The notes under the pieces were generated by a model. The model was not told the origin of the DNA and did no database searches. It saw only the letters and a program-made list of their open reading frames with translations. The translations under genes were made by a program, and so were the position numbers. A stretch of DNA of 64,000 nt. Origin: Malacoraja senta (Eukaryota). Below, one piece after another: positions 52,125-63,952 of the stretch. Positions within the stretch are counted from its first letter, which is position 1; every line of letters starts with the position of its first letter. Location: assembly GCA_038087875.1 (NCBI GenBank), contig CM075989.1, positions 21,206,001 through 21,270,000 on the forward strand, read 5' to 3'.

Positions 52125-52972
52125 ACCTCCAGCAGTGTGAACACTGACTTCTCTAACATCAAGTAACCCTTGCTTTCCCCCTCTCTCCATCCCTCCCCTT
52201 CCCAGTTCTCCGACCAGTCTGACTGTCTCCGACTACATTGTATCGCTGTTTGTTTTGTTCTCAACTTCACCCAGCTAAAGGGCCTGTCCCACTTGGGCGA
52301 CCTAATCCGCGAGTTTGCCCTCGACTCATACTCGCAGCATGGTCGACACGAGGTCGTAGGAGGTCTTCGTAACTCTCCTTCATGCTCGAGAGCGGTCTCC
52401 GCGTACTCGAGGCCTCAGCTAGGTCGCGGCGTTTTTTTCAACTTGTTAAAATAAACCCGCGAGTAAAAAAAGGTCGCCACGGAAAAAATCGATACTTTTT
52501 TTACTCATAGGTTTGGTCGTAGTAGGTCGTAGTAGGTCGGCATATTAGTCGTAGGTAATCGAGGGTAGTCGAAGGTAGTCGAAGGTAGTCGTAGATAGTC
52601 TTCAACATAGTCGAATAGAGGTCGAAGGGAGGTCGAAGGAGGTCGTCTTCACTCTCCACTATTCGGTGCCCAATTTTCCCGAAGTTAGTCGTAGTTAGTC
52701 TTCTACATAGTCGAAGGAGGTCTTCAACATGTCATTTTTTCAACCTCTTCTAAACTCGCCAATTAGGTCGTCCAAGTGGGACAGCCCCTTTACAATGGTC
52801 AATTCTACATTTTCCTTGATCGACATTCCCTTTGACCTATTTTCGCACTGGACACTTCCTTATCTATGTATCTCCCACTCCCCTGACATCGGTCTGAAGA
52901 AACGTCACCCATTCCTTCTCTCCAGAGATACTGCCTGTCCCACTGAGTTACTCCAGCACTTTGTGTCTATTT
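52125..52972 (+). mobile_element. Penelope-like 3' end/pLTR interrupted by a MITE
   Basis: Endonuclease C-terminal codons and pLTR sequence on both sides of MITE 52279-52789. Confidence 0.8.
52279..52789. mobile_element. MITE with internal tagtcg/gtcgaag short repeats
   Basis: agggcctgtcccacttgg / ccaagtgggacagcccct. Confidence 0.85.
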
Positions 52973-53224
52973 ACAGCTAAAACCCTTTCTGCTAGAGAGA
53001 GCAAATCCATTTTGATTAAATGAAAAATGTGATTTTGTGTCATTAAGACTCCACTAAAAAAACATTGCTTTGAAGAACAGCCTCCGGAAAAGGAATGTCA
53101 TTGGTATTTATGTAATTATGGAAAAATAAAAAAGTATTTTTGTATTTCTTTAAGTTTCCATCACAATTTAATTGTTGAAAGGCAGGCAATTCTTTCGTCT
53201 GCATTAATCCAGACTTTTGGATAG

Positions 53225-53738
53225 TTACAAAAAGCTGGAGTAACTCATCGGGACAGGCAGCATCTCTGGAGAGAAGGAATGGGTGACGTTTCGGGTCGAG
53301 ACCCTTCTTCAGACAGATGTCAGGGGAGTGGGCAATACAGAGAAAAAATGTAGTCAGAGACAGTAAGACTGGTGGAAGAACTGGGAAGGGTGAGGAGGGG
53401 ATGGAGGGAGAGGGCTACTTGAAGTTAGAGAAGTCAATGTTCGTACCGCTGGGGTGTAAGCTACCCAAGCAAAATATGAGGTGCTGTTCCTCCAATGTGC
53501 GCTGGGCCTCACTCTGACAATGGAGGAGGCCCAGGACAGAAAGGTGAGTGTGGGAATGGGAGGGGGAGTGTTTAGCAACCGGGATGTCAGGCGGGTTAAG
53601 TTGGACTGAGCGGAGGTGTTCAGCGAAACGATCGCCGAGCCTGCGCTTGGTCTCGCCGATATGCAGGAGTCCACACCTGGAACAGCGGATACAGTAGATG
53701 AGGTTGGAGGAGGTGCAAGTGAACCTCTGCCTCACCTT
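53225..53738 (-). mobile_element. Penelope-like 3' fragment with an intact hammerhead core in the pLTR
   Basis: ORF 53415-53756: CTSSNLIYCIRCSRCGLLHIGETKRRLGDRFAEH. Confidence 0.9.
53281..53314 (-). ncRNA. Minimal hammerhead ribozyme core in Penelope pLTR
   Basis: Minus strand GU-CUGAAGA-A-GGGU(CUCG)ACCC-GAAA-CG-UC-ACCC. Confidence 0.65.
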
Positions 53739-54462
53739 TTGGGTAGACACATGCAAAAACAGGGAACGGGGGGGGGATATGGATTACGTGCATGCAGATA
53801 AGGAATCAGCCAGGATCCAGGTACATGCGTGAACTGCCTACACTCACTCCCATGTCATATGTCCTGATGTTGAGTCATTTACACACCATTAAAATTGAAG
53901 TAAATCATTAAACAAAGTAAAGACCATTAATTTTTAAAAATACAAGCAACCTAATTAAAATGTGTAATAACTTTATGAATAATTAAAGATCACTAACAAT
54001 AAATAATTGAAATAAAATAGCTTATCTTCTTCAAGCAAAACTAAGAGCTGGAGGAACTCAGTGGGTCAGGCAGCATCTGTGGAGGGAATGGACGGACAAT
54101 GTTTTGAGTCGGGTAGGTTCTTCCTGTAGCATCTTCTGTCCATTCCCTCCACAGATGCTGCCTGACCCACTGAGTTCTCCATCACTTTGGTTTTTTTCCT
54201 CAAGGTTCCAGCATCTGCTATTTACAATACGATACAACACGATACGATAGAACTTTATTTATCGCAGGAGGGAAATTGATCTGCCAACAGTCATAAAAAC
54301 ACAAGATACATGAAACAAGAAATTAAAGTGACGAGTGGAAAGGATTGGGGATGTGCAAAGATTGGGGAGGGGGGGGGGGGAGTCAGTCTACCCCACGACA
54401 GAAGGGGGAGGCGTTGTACAGTTTGATAGCCACAGGGAAGAAGGATCTCTTGTTGCGATCTC

Positions 54463-54585
54463 TATCGGCGAGACCAAGCGCAGGCTCGACGACCGTTTCG
54501 CTGAACAACTCCGCTCAGTCCGCCTAAACCCTCCTGATCTCCCGGTTGCTCAACACTTTAACTCCCCCTCCCATTCCCACACTGT
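54463..54585 (+). mobile_element. Penelope GIY-YIG fragment
   Basis: IGETKRRLDDRFAEQLRSVRLNPPDLPVAQHFNSPSH. Confidence 0.85.
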
Positions 54586-54618
54586 CCTGCATGTTGGTGT
54601 TCCTGCTTGCAGAATAAC

Positions 54619-55171
54619 GGGCGGCACGGTGGCGCAGCGGTAGAATTGCTGCCTTACAGTGAATGCTGCGCCGGAGACTCGGGTTCGATCCCGACTACGG
54701 GTGCTGTCTGTTCGGAGTTTGTACGTTCTCCCCGTGACCTGCGTGGGTTTTCTCCAAGATCTTCGGTTTCCTCCCACACTCCAAAGACGCACAGGTTTGT
54801 AGGTTAATTGGCTCGGTAAATGTAAAAACTGTCCCTAGTGGGTGTAGGATGGTGTTAATGTGCGGGGATCGCTGGTCGGCGATCCCCGCACATTAACACC
54901 AGTAGAGTTGCTGCCGTACAGCACCAGAGATGTGGGATTGATCCTGACTACGGGTGCTGTCTGCACGGAGTTTGTACGTTCTCCCTGTGACAGCGTGGGT
55001 TTTCTCCGGGTGCTCTGGTTTCCTCCCACACTCAAAAGACGTGCAGGTTAATTGGCCCTCAGTAAATTGGCCCCAGGGTGTAGGATAATGCTAGTGTACG
55101 GGGTGATTGCTGGTCAGCGCGGACATGGTGAGCCGAAGGGCCTGTTTCCACGTTGTGTCTCTGAACTAAAC
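54619..55171 (+). mobile_element. Two tandem HE1-type V-SINEs joined by a fold-back
   Basis: Copies at 54619-54880 and 54901-55171. Confidence 0.88.
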
Positions 55172-55970
55172 CGACTCCACGCAGACCATTGATCACCCGT
55201 TCACACTAGTTTTATGTTACTCACCTTCTTATCCACTCTACACACAGAAGCCAATTAACCTACAAACCCGCGTGACATTGGGATGTGGAAGGAAACCGTA
55301 GCACTCGGAGGAAACCCATGTGGTCACAGGAAGAACATGCAAACTCCACACAAACAGCACCTGGCGCCATGAGTCAGTGGTTCTACCTGTCTCCACCGTG
55401 TCTCTGGCAAAAACAACATTATAGTTCCAATTTAAACAAGACAGTCAAAACGTTCTCAATCAAGGAGTATATAATACTAAAAATAAGGTAATATAAATGT
55501 ATTAACTAGTCATAAATATGCCATTAATATGCTCAGTCTTTGAGGGATATTCTGATATGTTAAATTAATTGGTTTCAATGTTTGCGAACTGGCAAAGTGC
55601 GCAAGTTAGTGCAATTTCCTGCAATTCACGGGTAAAAATAATGCTGATAATATTATGTCTCCTGCACTATATTTCCTTCAGACATTCACATCCTATCTTG
55701 CAGTTCCTGTATTGTGGCTCGATTATGTTTCAAACCTACTGCGTCTCAACAACAAGCCACAGCAATAGTGAGAAAAGTTAAAACTTCTGACCTCATGTTA
55801 TAACTCTAACTCTGCAGTTATTCTTCAGAATGGGGTTCACGTTATTGACATACATTTCTCAACCTTTATTTCCTGGTATAGGATAATATAATTTGAGTCA
55901 CACAATTGGATCCCAGCCCAGTATTTCACTGTGAGCTATCCATTATTATGGTGTGTGTTTTTATTTCCAT

Positions 55971-56262
55971 TTAGTTTAGTTTTAGTTTAGTTCAGTGATA
56001 TATCGCGGAAACAGGCCCTTCGGTCCACCGAGTCCGTGCCGCACATTGTCCCCATCCTGCATACACGAGGGACATTTTTTATATTTATACCGAGCCAATA
56101 AACCTACAAATTTGTACGTCTTTGGAGTGTGGGAGGAAACCGAAGATCTCGGAGAAAACCCACGCAGGTCACGGGGAGAACGTACAAACTCCGTATAGAC
56201 AGCACCCGTAGTCAGGATCGAACCCGGGTCTCTGGCTCTGGAAGTGCTGTAAGGCAGCAACT
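55971..56262 (-). mobile_element. HE1-type V-SINE
   Basis: Consensus match. Confidence 0.9.
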
Positions 56263-56349
56263 TGAAACCGTGATGCGTCCCAATAGGATGCTTTCTGGGG
56301 CGGCATCCCTGGAAATTGGTGAGAGTCATTTGAAACATGGCAAATTTAA

Positions 56350-56548
56350 AGGGCCTGTCCCACTTACGCGATTTTTTTCAACCTGTTGCAAAAACCAGCG
56401 GCGACCAGAAAAAGGTACGACTCTTTGGGCGACTACTCACGACCATACAGGCGTCACCCTGCGACATGTTGAACATTTTCGGGGACCTGCTGCGACTATG
56501 ACGGGTGCCGGCAGTCACCAAAAGAATCGCGTAAGTGGGACGGGCCCT
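56350..56548. mobile_element. MITE
   Basis: agggcctgtcccacttacgcga / tcgcgtaagtgggacgggccct. Confidence 0.85.
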
Positions 56549-56689
56549 TTAGGCTTCTGAGGAAGTAGAGGTGTTGGTGCCAAAGATAGACACAAAATGC
56601 TGGAGTCACTCAGCGGGTCAGGCAGCACCCCTTGGAGAACAGGGACAGGCGACGTTTTGGGTCAGTGTTTTTAGTATTTGGTTTTAATG

Positions 56690-56916
56690 CTCAGCATGGA
56701 AACAGGCCCTTCGGCCCAGCAAGCCCGTGTCGACTAGCAATCACCCCGTACATTAACACTGTCTAACACACCAGTGACAATTTACAGAGGGCAAACTAAG
56801 CGACAAACTTGCACGTCTTTGGAATGTGGGAGGAAACCGGAGTACGAGGAGAAAACCCACACGGTCACGGGGAGAACATAGAAACTCGTACAGACAGCAC
56901 CCCATTGTCAGGATCA
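56690..56916 (-). mobile_element. HE1-type V-SINE (5'-truncated)
   Basis: Consensus match. Confidence 0.82.
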
Positions 56917-56983
56917 TACCCAAATATATGTTTTGAAATTTTGAAATGCATTTACTGATTGCAGGAGCTGGCAACTATTCTAA

Positions 56984-57324
56984 AGGGCCTGTCCCACTTA
57001 CGTGTCGAAAATTGTTAAAAATTCAGCGGCAACCAGAAAGATGCAACGACTCTTTGGAGACCTCTCATGACCGTAGGAGACCTCTCACGACCATAAAGGC
57101 GACCCCTGGCGACATGTCGCGGGTGACGTCTCATGACCATAGGAGATCTCTCACGACCATGCAGCATGTGTGGTCGTGAGAGGTCTTGTATGATCGTGAG
57201 GGGTCGCCAAAGAGTCGTAGCGTCATTCTGGTAGCTGCTGACTTTTCAACATGTTCAAAATTTCGGCGACCTATCACGGGTGCCGGCAGTCGCCTGTAAA
57301 GGTCGCGTAAGTGGGACAGGCCCT
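56984..57324. mobile_element. MITE with TAA target-site duplication
   Basis: TAA at 56981-56983 and 57325-57327; TIR agggcctgtcccacttacg. Confidence 0.9.
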
Positions 57325-57374
57325 TAAGGTGCAAACACTGTTGAGAAATATTGGCAGACCGAACAAATCCTTGT

Positions 57375-57620
57375 AGATAGGCACAAAATGCTGGAGTAAC
57401 TCAGCCGGACAGGCAGCATCTCTGGAGAGAAGGAATGGGTGACGTTTTGGGTCGAGGCCCTTCTTCAGTCCTACACAGTTCAGTCTGAAGAAGGGTCTCG
57501 ACCCGAGACCTGAAACCTCACCGATTCCTTCTCTACAGAGATGCTTCTTGTCCTGCTAAGTTACTCCAGCTTTTTGTGTCTTTCTTCGATTTAAACCAGC
57601 ATCTGGGGTTCCTTCCAACC
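57375..57620. mobile_element. Inverted pLTR pair with two divergently oriented hammerhead-like cores
   Basis: ccttcttcagtc...cagtctgaagaagggtctcgacccga. Confidence 0.8.
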
Positions 57621-57734
57621 CAAATCCTTGTCGAGGCTCTTTTTCATGTGTTGACACAGGAATAAGGTCCAAACTCTCTTTTTCTCCGTCCTGGCGTTGT
57701 CCTCTACCGCTGCGCCACTGTGCCACCATATGTG

Positions 57735-57925
57735 TTGGTGTTTGCCATATTACCGATGAGGTTGTACCAGGTTAAATCGGTGATACTTCCTCCTCAGGAC
57801 ATGGAGCTCTCGACCATCTCCACATCCGCACCGTTGATGCTGTCTATGGAGTGTCCTTTATCCCACTTCCTGAAGCCGATGACCGGCCACTTTGTTTTGC
57901 TGACATTGAGGGAGAGATTGGCTCG
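57735..57925 (-). mobile_element. Rex1/Babar-type RT C-terminal fragment
   Basis: NLSLNVSKTK...IGFRK...INGADVEMVES. Confidence 0.75.
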
Positions 57926-58238
57926 TGAAATCCAGCGTTGATCGCTGCTGCTCCCACGATTTACTGCTGTAAGTGTCATCGGAGTGATTAAATAATTATT
58001 TCAACGGATGCAAACATCATTTTACAGTCTCCCCTTTCGCCCCTTTCCAACACACACGTTCTATTAAACCACTCGTCATCTCATTCAGCAACGGGATGTT
58101 CAACATTAAAGCTTTATTCAAGAATCCTGGAGCTAATTTAATTTTGAAATGCAACAAAAAAAAATATTCGCCTAAATAATTGTGTTGTGGTAGGAAAATT
58201 AAAATATATACCAATAGCAATAAAAATAAAGCTAATGA

Positions 58239-58545
58239 GGGTGGCACGGTGGTTCGGCGGTGGAGTTGCTGCCTCACGGCGCCAGAGACCCGGGTTCGAT
58301 CATGACTACAGGTGCTGTCTGTACGGAGTTTGTACGTTCTCCCCATAACCTGTGTGGGTTTTCTCCAGGAGCTCCGGTTTCCTCCCACACTCCAAAGACG
58401 TACAGATTTGTAGGCTAAGTGGCCGGTAAAATTGTAAATTGTCCCTTGTGCGTGTAGGATAGTGTTAGTGTGCGGGGATCTTTGGTCGGCGTGGACTTGC
58501 TGGGCCGAAGGGCCTGTTTCTGCGCTGTATATCTAAACTAAACTA
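58239..58545 (+). mobile_element. HE1-type V-SINE
   Basis: Full length. Confidence 0.92.
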
Positions 58546-59351
58546 ATTAGTAATGTATAGGAAGGAACTGCAGGTGCTGGTTTAAACGGAAGATAGACAC
58601 AAAAAGCTGGAGTAACTCAGCAGGTCAAACCGCATCTCTGGAGAAAAGGAATAGGTGATGATTCGGGTTGAGAGGCCAGAGTAATACACGAAAGGACTAA
58701 TTCATATGCCGAGTCCTACACAGATTTACTGTTGGATCAAACTGTTATTCAGAAACGCAATGGTAAAACAAATAATAATCACACTTATAACAAACATTCC
58801 AGCCTATCTTACGTTAACCTCGTGGGCAGAGATCAGGGCCTTATGTTTTAATCAGATCTGGGTCTACAATTAAAACTTTGGACATGATGGAACATTCATT
58901 ATGGGCGTAAGCAGTTAGTTGGAACATAATTGAATTAAATTTCAAAAACATGCTTAAAATGCACTCGGACTTACGAACTGCTGCTCCACGTCTCCAGACC
59001 CAAGAATACAAAAGATTCATGTATGGTAATGTTCTTTTTTTTGTGGAGATAATCAGATTTCTTACACAGGTTAATTCATCTATGTTCCATTATATGTACA
59101 GAAGCCATTATCATTCAGAGCTTACACCTTGTTTGAATATGCATCTTTTGTAAGTCACTTTTTGTCAGAAATATCAATTAGTTCTTCTCATTCTACAAAT
59201 CATTGTGATGGCATATCCTGGTGTCAGAGTGCATCAGTCTTCATTATCTCAATGGCTCCCCTTTACAGACGGAAAAAATATATATAAGACATTCCAGCAA
59301 ACAAATCAAAATTATTTTTGGAGTTTTTTTCAGTACAGAATAAAAGATGTA

Positions 59352-59640
59352 CTGAAGAAGGGTCTCGACCAGAAACGTCACCCATTCCTTCTCTCCAGAG
59401 ATGCTGCCTGTCCTGCTGAGTTACTCCAGCTTATTGTGTCTATCTTTGTTTAAATCAACATCTGCAGTTCCTTCCGACACATAGAAGATGTGCAGTTTGG
59501 TTTGGCAGCCCATGTTACGTTGTGGATCATGCTTAAAGCAAAGATAGACACAAAATGCTGGAGTAACTCAGCGGGGAAGACAGGCAGCATCTCTGGAGAG
59601 AAGGAAAGGGTGACGTTTCGGGGCGAGACCCTTCTTCAAA
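59352..59640. mobile_element. Two pLTRs, tail-to-tail
   Basis: Plus copy 59352-59481, minus copy 59541-59640. Confidence 0.75.
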
Positions 59641-59714
59641 CTTAAAGCAATCCGGGTTCATCAAAGGGCATTAGTTATCAGCAAATTAATGTGGTAATTT
59701 CTGATTCCGTTCAG

Positions 59715-59995
59715 AGGCGGAGCAACGGTAGAGTTGCTGCCTCACAGAGCCAGAGACCCGGCTTCGATCCTGACTACGGGTGCAGTCTGCACAGAGTTTG
59801 TACATTCTCCCCGTGACCGCGTGGATTCTCCCAGTGTGCTCCGGTTTCCTCCCACGCTCCAAAGACGTGCAGGTTGGTAGCTTAATTCAGCTTCGGGAAA
59901 GATTGTAAGAGCGTGTAGGATAGTGCTAGTGTACGGGGTCGGCGGGGACTTGGTGGGCCGAAGGGCCTGTTTCAACGCTGTATCTCTAAACTAAA
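59715..59995 (+). mobile_element. HE1-type V-SINE
   Basis: Near full length. Confidence 0.88.
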
Positions 59996-60811
59996 TAAAA
60001 AACTATAAAACAAATTCCCCCCCCCCCAAATTCTTTTAAAAGAAACGGCATTAGATTATCTTTCCCCGAAACAGGAATTGTTACTCTCTCTGCACTGGTA
60101 ATCCTCAAAGTCGGTAAATAATGATCACAAGGATTAGAGGCACCATTTAGCAGCAAATATAAGAAAGAGAAAGGAAAAACAACTCCACATCAGGAATCCA
60201 CAGCAGAGCAGAGTATTATGAATTAGTATCTGTCAGTATTACAATGTGTATTAATAGTCACACCTCTTTTAATGAGTTTTGCATTGACAGCTGAGAGGAA
60301 ATACAAGCCATCATCACTTTACTCATGTACACCCTTGATGGTAGAATCGGTCATAAATCTTCCGAACAGCACTCACCATAAATATGTATCACATACTGCA
60401 TCTGTTTAAGATTCAGCATATAAATCAGGCTCGCAGAATGGCAATGAATCAGGGAGTCGTTGGGTGATTTGATAACAAATCGGCTCGGATCAGAGATGGG
60501 AATTTACTGCTCTTGTTTCCTAAGATAACGAATCGATCCGACAGATTAACGGCAACCTGTGGGCGTGGCGGCATCCGCGCGTCGGAGGGAGGTCCAGGCG
60601 TGCAGCGTGCAGGTGAGCTCGCTAACATCTGGGATTAAACAGCTGGACAGGATCATGTGATCGCAACAGATGCTGCCGTTGAATCCTGCCTGCGATTTTT
60701 TTTTACTATTCACCATACGCAAAAAAGGTTTGGACTTTAGAGACCAACCCTTCGGCCCGCCCTTTGTTAAGTCTTAAGCCTAAGTTACCAAGTGACAGCT
60801 GATGCAGTCAC

Positions 60812-61419
60812 TTGGTCCTTCTGCAGTTGTACAGAGCACTAGTGAGACCACACCTGGAGTATTGTGTGCACTTTTGGTCCCCTAATTTGAGGAAGGACAT
60901 TCTTGCTATTGAGGGAGTGCAGCGTAGGTTTACAAGGTTAATTCCCGGGATGGCGGGACTGTCATATGCTGAGAGAATGGAGCAGCTGGGCTTGTACACT
61001 CTGGAGTTTAGAAGGATGAGAGGGGTTCTCATTGAAACATATAAGAGTGTTAAGGGCTTGGACACACTAAAGGCAGGAAACATGTTCCTGATGTTGGGGG
61101 AGTCCAGAACCAGGGGCCACAGTTTAAGAATAAGGAGTAAGCTATTTAGAACGGAGACGAGGAAACACTTTTTCTCACAGAGAGTGGTGAGTCCGTGGAA
61201 TTCTCTGCCTCAGAGGGCGGTGGAGGCAGGTTCTCTGGGTGTTTTCAAGAGAGAGCTAGATAGGGCTCTTAAAAATAGCGGAGTCAGGAGATATGGGGAG
61301 AAGGCAGGAACGGGGTACTGATTGGGGATGATCAGCCATGATCATATTGAATGGTGGTGCTGGCTCGAAGGGCCAAATGGCCTACTCCTGCACCTATTGT
61401 CTATTGTCTATTGTCTATT
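60812..61419 (+). mobile_element. CR1-type LINE 3' fragment (young, open frame)
   Basis: LYRALVRPHLEYCVHFWSPNLRKDILAIEGVQRRFTRLIPG. Confidence 0.94.
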
Positions 61420-61566
61420 GACAGTTGCCAACACGTTAGACAGTGCACCTCTCCACTGGGCTTTATCTTCGGACTTTTCAGTTTTGATTTGCCTGCATTA
61501 CAGTGTGGAGAGTTGTATCTCTTCGCCCTTCCTGCTCAGACTTGATAGGATCCGCTTTTATCGAAT

Positions 61567-62003
61567 TCAGTTTAGTTTAGAAATGCAGCATGGAAACAAG
61601 CCCTTTGGCCCATCAAGTCCACACCAGCCGTCGATCACCCGTTCGCCCGTTCTGAAGAAGGGTCTCGACCTGAAATGTCATCCATTCCTTTTCACCAGAG
61701 TCGCTGCCTGATCCGCTGAGTTACTCCAGCTTTTTGTGCCTACCCGTTCCACACTAGTTCTGCTATTCCACTTCCTCGTCCACTCCCAACACACTTGGGG
61801 GCAAATTACAGAAGGCCGATGAACTTACAAACCCGCACGTCTTTGTGATGCGGGAGGAAACCGGAGCTCCCGGAGGAAACCCACGCAGTCACAGGGAGAA
61901 CGTGCAAACTCCACACAGAGCCGAGATCACGATCGAACCCGGGTCTCTGGCGCTGTACGGCAGCAATTCTGCCGTCTCTACCAGCTGTGCCACTGTACCA
62001 CCA
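61567..62003 (-). mobile_element. HE1-type V-SINE with pLTR insertion (~61650-61742)
   Basis: Consensus match; cccgttc repeated around the insert. Confidence 0.85.
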
Positions 62004-62249
62004 TGAATTAAGATTCTCAACTGTGAAGAACAAAAGGAAAACAGCTGTTGTTAATTATTTGCTGTTAATTCTTTTCTTACTCACTTTAATGTTTTCAAAT
62101 ATTTCTTCACATTCTAATATTCCTTTAACTATTAGTCAGTGTGTTCTGTTGTTATTTGGGAGCAATTATAATAATTTTTAAGTATCAACTATTTTTGCAA
62201 AGCATAATAAAAATCAAACAGTCTTTGATTGGAAACATAGATCATAGAT

Positions 62250-62566
62250 CACGGTGGCGCAGCGGTAGAGTTGCTGCCTCACAGCGCCAGAGACCCGGGT
62301 TCAATCCTGACTACGGGTGCTGTCTGTACAGAGTTTGCATGTTCTCCCCGTGACCCGTGTGATTTTTCTCCGGGATCTCCGGTTTCCTCCCACCCTCCAA
62401 AGACGTGCAGGTTTGTAGGTTAATTGACTTGGTATAATTGTAAATTGTCCCTAGTGTTTGTAGGATAGTGTTAGTGTGCGGGGATCGCTGGTCGGTGCGG
62501 ACTCAGTGGGCAATGGGCCTGTTTGCACACTGTATCTCTAAACTAAACTAAACTAAACTAAACTAA
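62250..62566 (+). mobile_element. HE1-type V-SINE
   Basis: Full length. Confidence 0.92.
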
Positions 62567-62751
62567 AGAGTGCAATACAGGAACAGGTCCATTGGTCCAC
62601 AATACCAGTGCTGAACGTGATGCCTCTTGTCTGTTTGTACATCAGCGATATCCCTCTATCCTCCCATGTTGTTGACCTCTGGTAAAGACACTCACTGCCT
62701 AGGCAGCAGCATCCGGTGATAAAACTGATCCTTACAGGGAAATGCAAAGTC

Positions 62752-63175
62752 AATGGACAATAGACAATAGACAATAGGTGCAGGAGTAGGCCATTCGGCC
62801 CTTCGAGCCAGCACCGCCATTCAATGTGATCATGGCTGATCATCCCCAATCAGTACCCCGTTCCTGCCTTCTCCCCATACCCCCTGACTCTGCTATTTTT
62901 AAGAGCCCTATCTAGCTCTCTCTTGAAAGCATCCAAAGAACCTGCCTCCACCGCCCTCTAGGGCAGAGAATTCCACAGACTCACCACTCTCTGTAAGAAA
63001 AAGTGTTTCCTCGTCTCCGTTCTAAATGGCTTACTCCTTATTCTTAAACTCTGGCCCCTGGTTCTGGACTCCCCCAACATCGGGAACATGTTTCCTGCCT
63101 CTAGCGTGTCCAAACCCTTATCAATCTTATATGTCTCAATGAGATCCCCTCTCATCCTTCTAAACTCCAGAGTCC
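62752..63175 (-). mobile_element. CR1-type LINE 3' fragment
   Basis: LEFRRMRGDLIETYKI...QRVVSLWNSLP. Confidence 0.92.
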
Positions 63176-63283
63176 ACACGCCAGTTTATGTTGGGTCAGT
63201 AAATCAGCACCATCTTCCGTGTCTGGTTGGTGAGACATTTTGGTGTTTCAGATTTCAAGCAGAAATGACAGAGGAACCACGAC

Positions 63284-63533
63284 AGACACAAAGTGTTGGA
63301 ATAGCTCAGCGGGACAGGCAGCACATCTGGAGAGAAGGAAAGGGTTTCGTTTCAGGTCGGGACCCTTCTTGAGAATGAAAGTAGAGGGGAGGGAACGGTT
63401 TTAATTATGGTCCCGAATCAAAACGTTGTGCATCTTTTTTCTCCAGAGATGCTGCCAGATCCACTGAGTTACTCCAGCACTTTGAGTCTAGCTTTGGTAT
63501 AAACCAGCAAATCTGCAGTTCTTTGTTTCTACA
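63284..63533. mobile_element. Diverged inverted pLTR pair
   Basis: Homology to other pLTR arms. Confidence 0.7.
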
Positions 63534-63607
63534 GAGGAACTATGTTTGTGTTTGAACATTGAACATCGCAGCATAGGAACGGGCTCTACTGCCCACATGA
63601 TGCCAAG

Positions 63608-63752
63608 ATCCTCCTTTTTCTTGCATGTGGCGTGCACAGCCTAAAGTTGTAGGACAACTTGTTCTATTTGATCTTATTTGATTGTGCACGTTGGGTTGAT
63701 TGCATTCGTCGAAACAAGGCGGACCACGTGAAGGTCGCAATCTCCCCACCCC
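63608..63752 (-). mobile_element. Short non-autonomous retroposon, family 1 (HDV-like ribozyme head, degenerate AAG-type tail; possibly Ingi/Vingi-dependent)
   Basis: TSD atgccaag at 63600-63607 and 63753-63760; homologous to 46983-47122 and 5070-5195; inserted in a CR1-type tail. Confidence 0.9.
63698..63752 (-). ncRNA. Minimal (P4-less) HDV-like self-cleaving ribozyme, 55 nt
   Basis: Minus strand: P1 GGGGUGG/CCGCCUU (G1-U wobble), J1/2 GGA, P2 GAUUGCG/UGCAAUC, P3 ACC/GGU, L3 UUCACGU, GU after P1 (1-bp P1.1), UUCGA, J4/2 CGAA; G1 abuts the TSD. Confidence 0.85.
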
Positions 63753-63839
63753 ATGCCAAGCTAAACTAATCTCATTCAGCCTATAGATGATCCACATCCC
63801 TCCATCCCCTCATGAACACTCTTGATGCTAGATTATGGT

Positions 63840-63952
63840 CTCAGGGTGTCACTCAGGGTGTCACTCAGGGTGTCACTCAGGGTGTCACTCAGGGTGTCAC
63901 TCAGGGTGTCACTCAGGGTGTCACTCAGGGTGTCACTCAGGGTGTCACTCAG
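63840..63952. repeat. 12-bp minisatellite (CTCAGGGTGTCA) x ~9.4
   Basis: Perfect tandem units. Confidence 0.97.
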
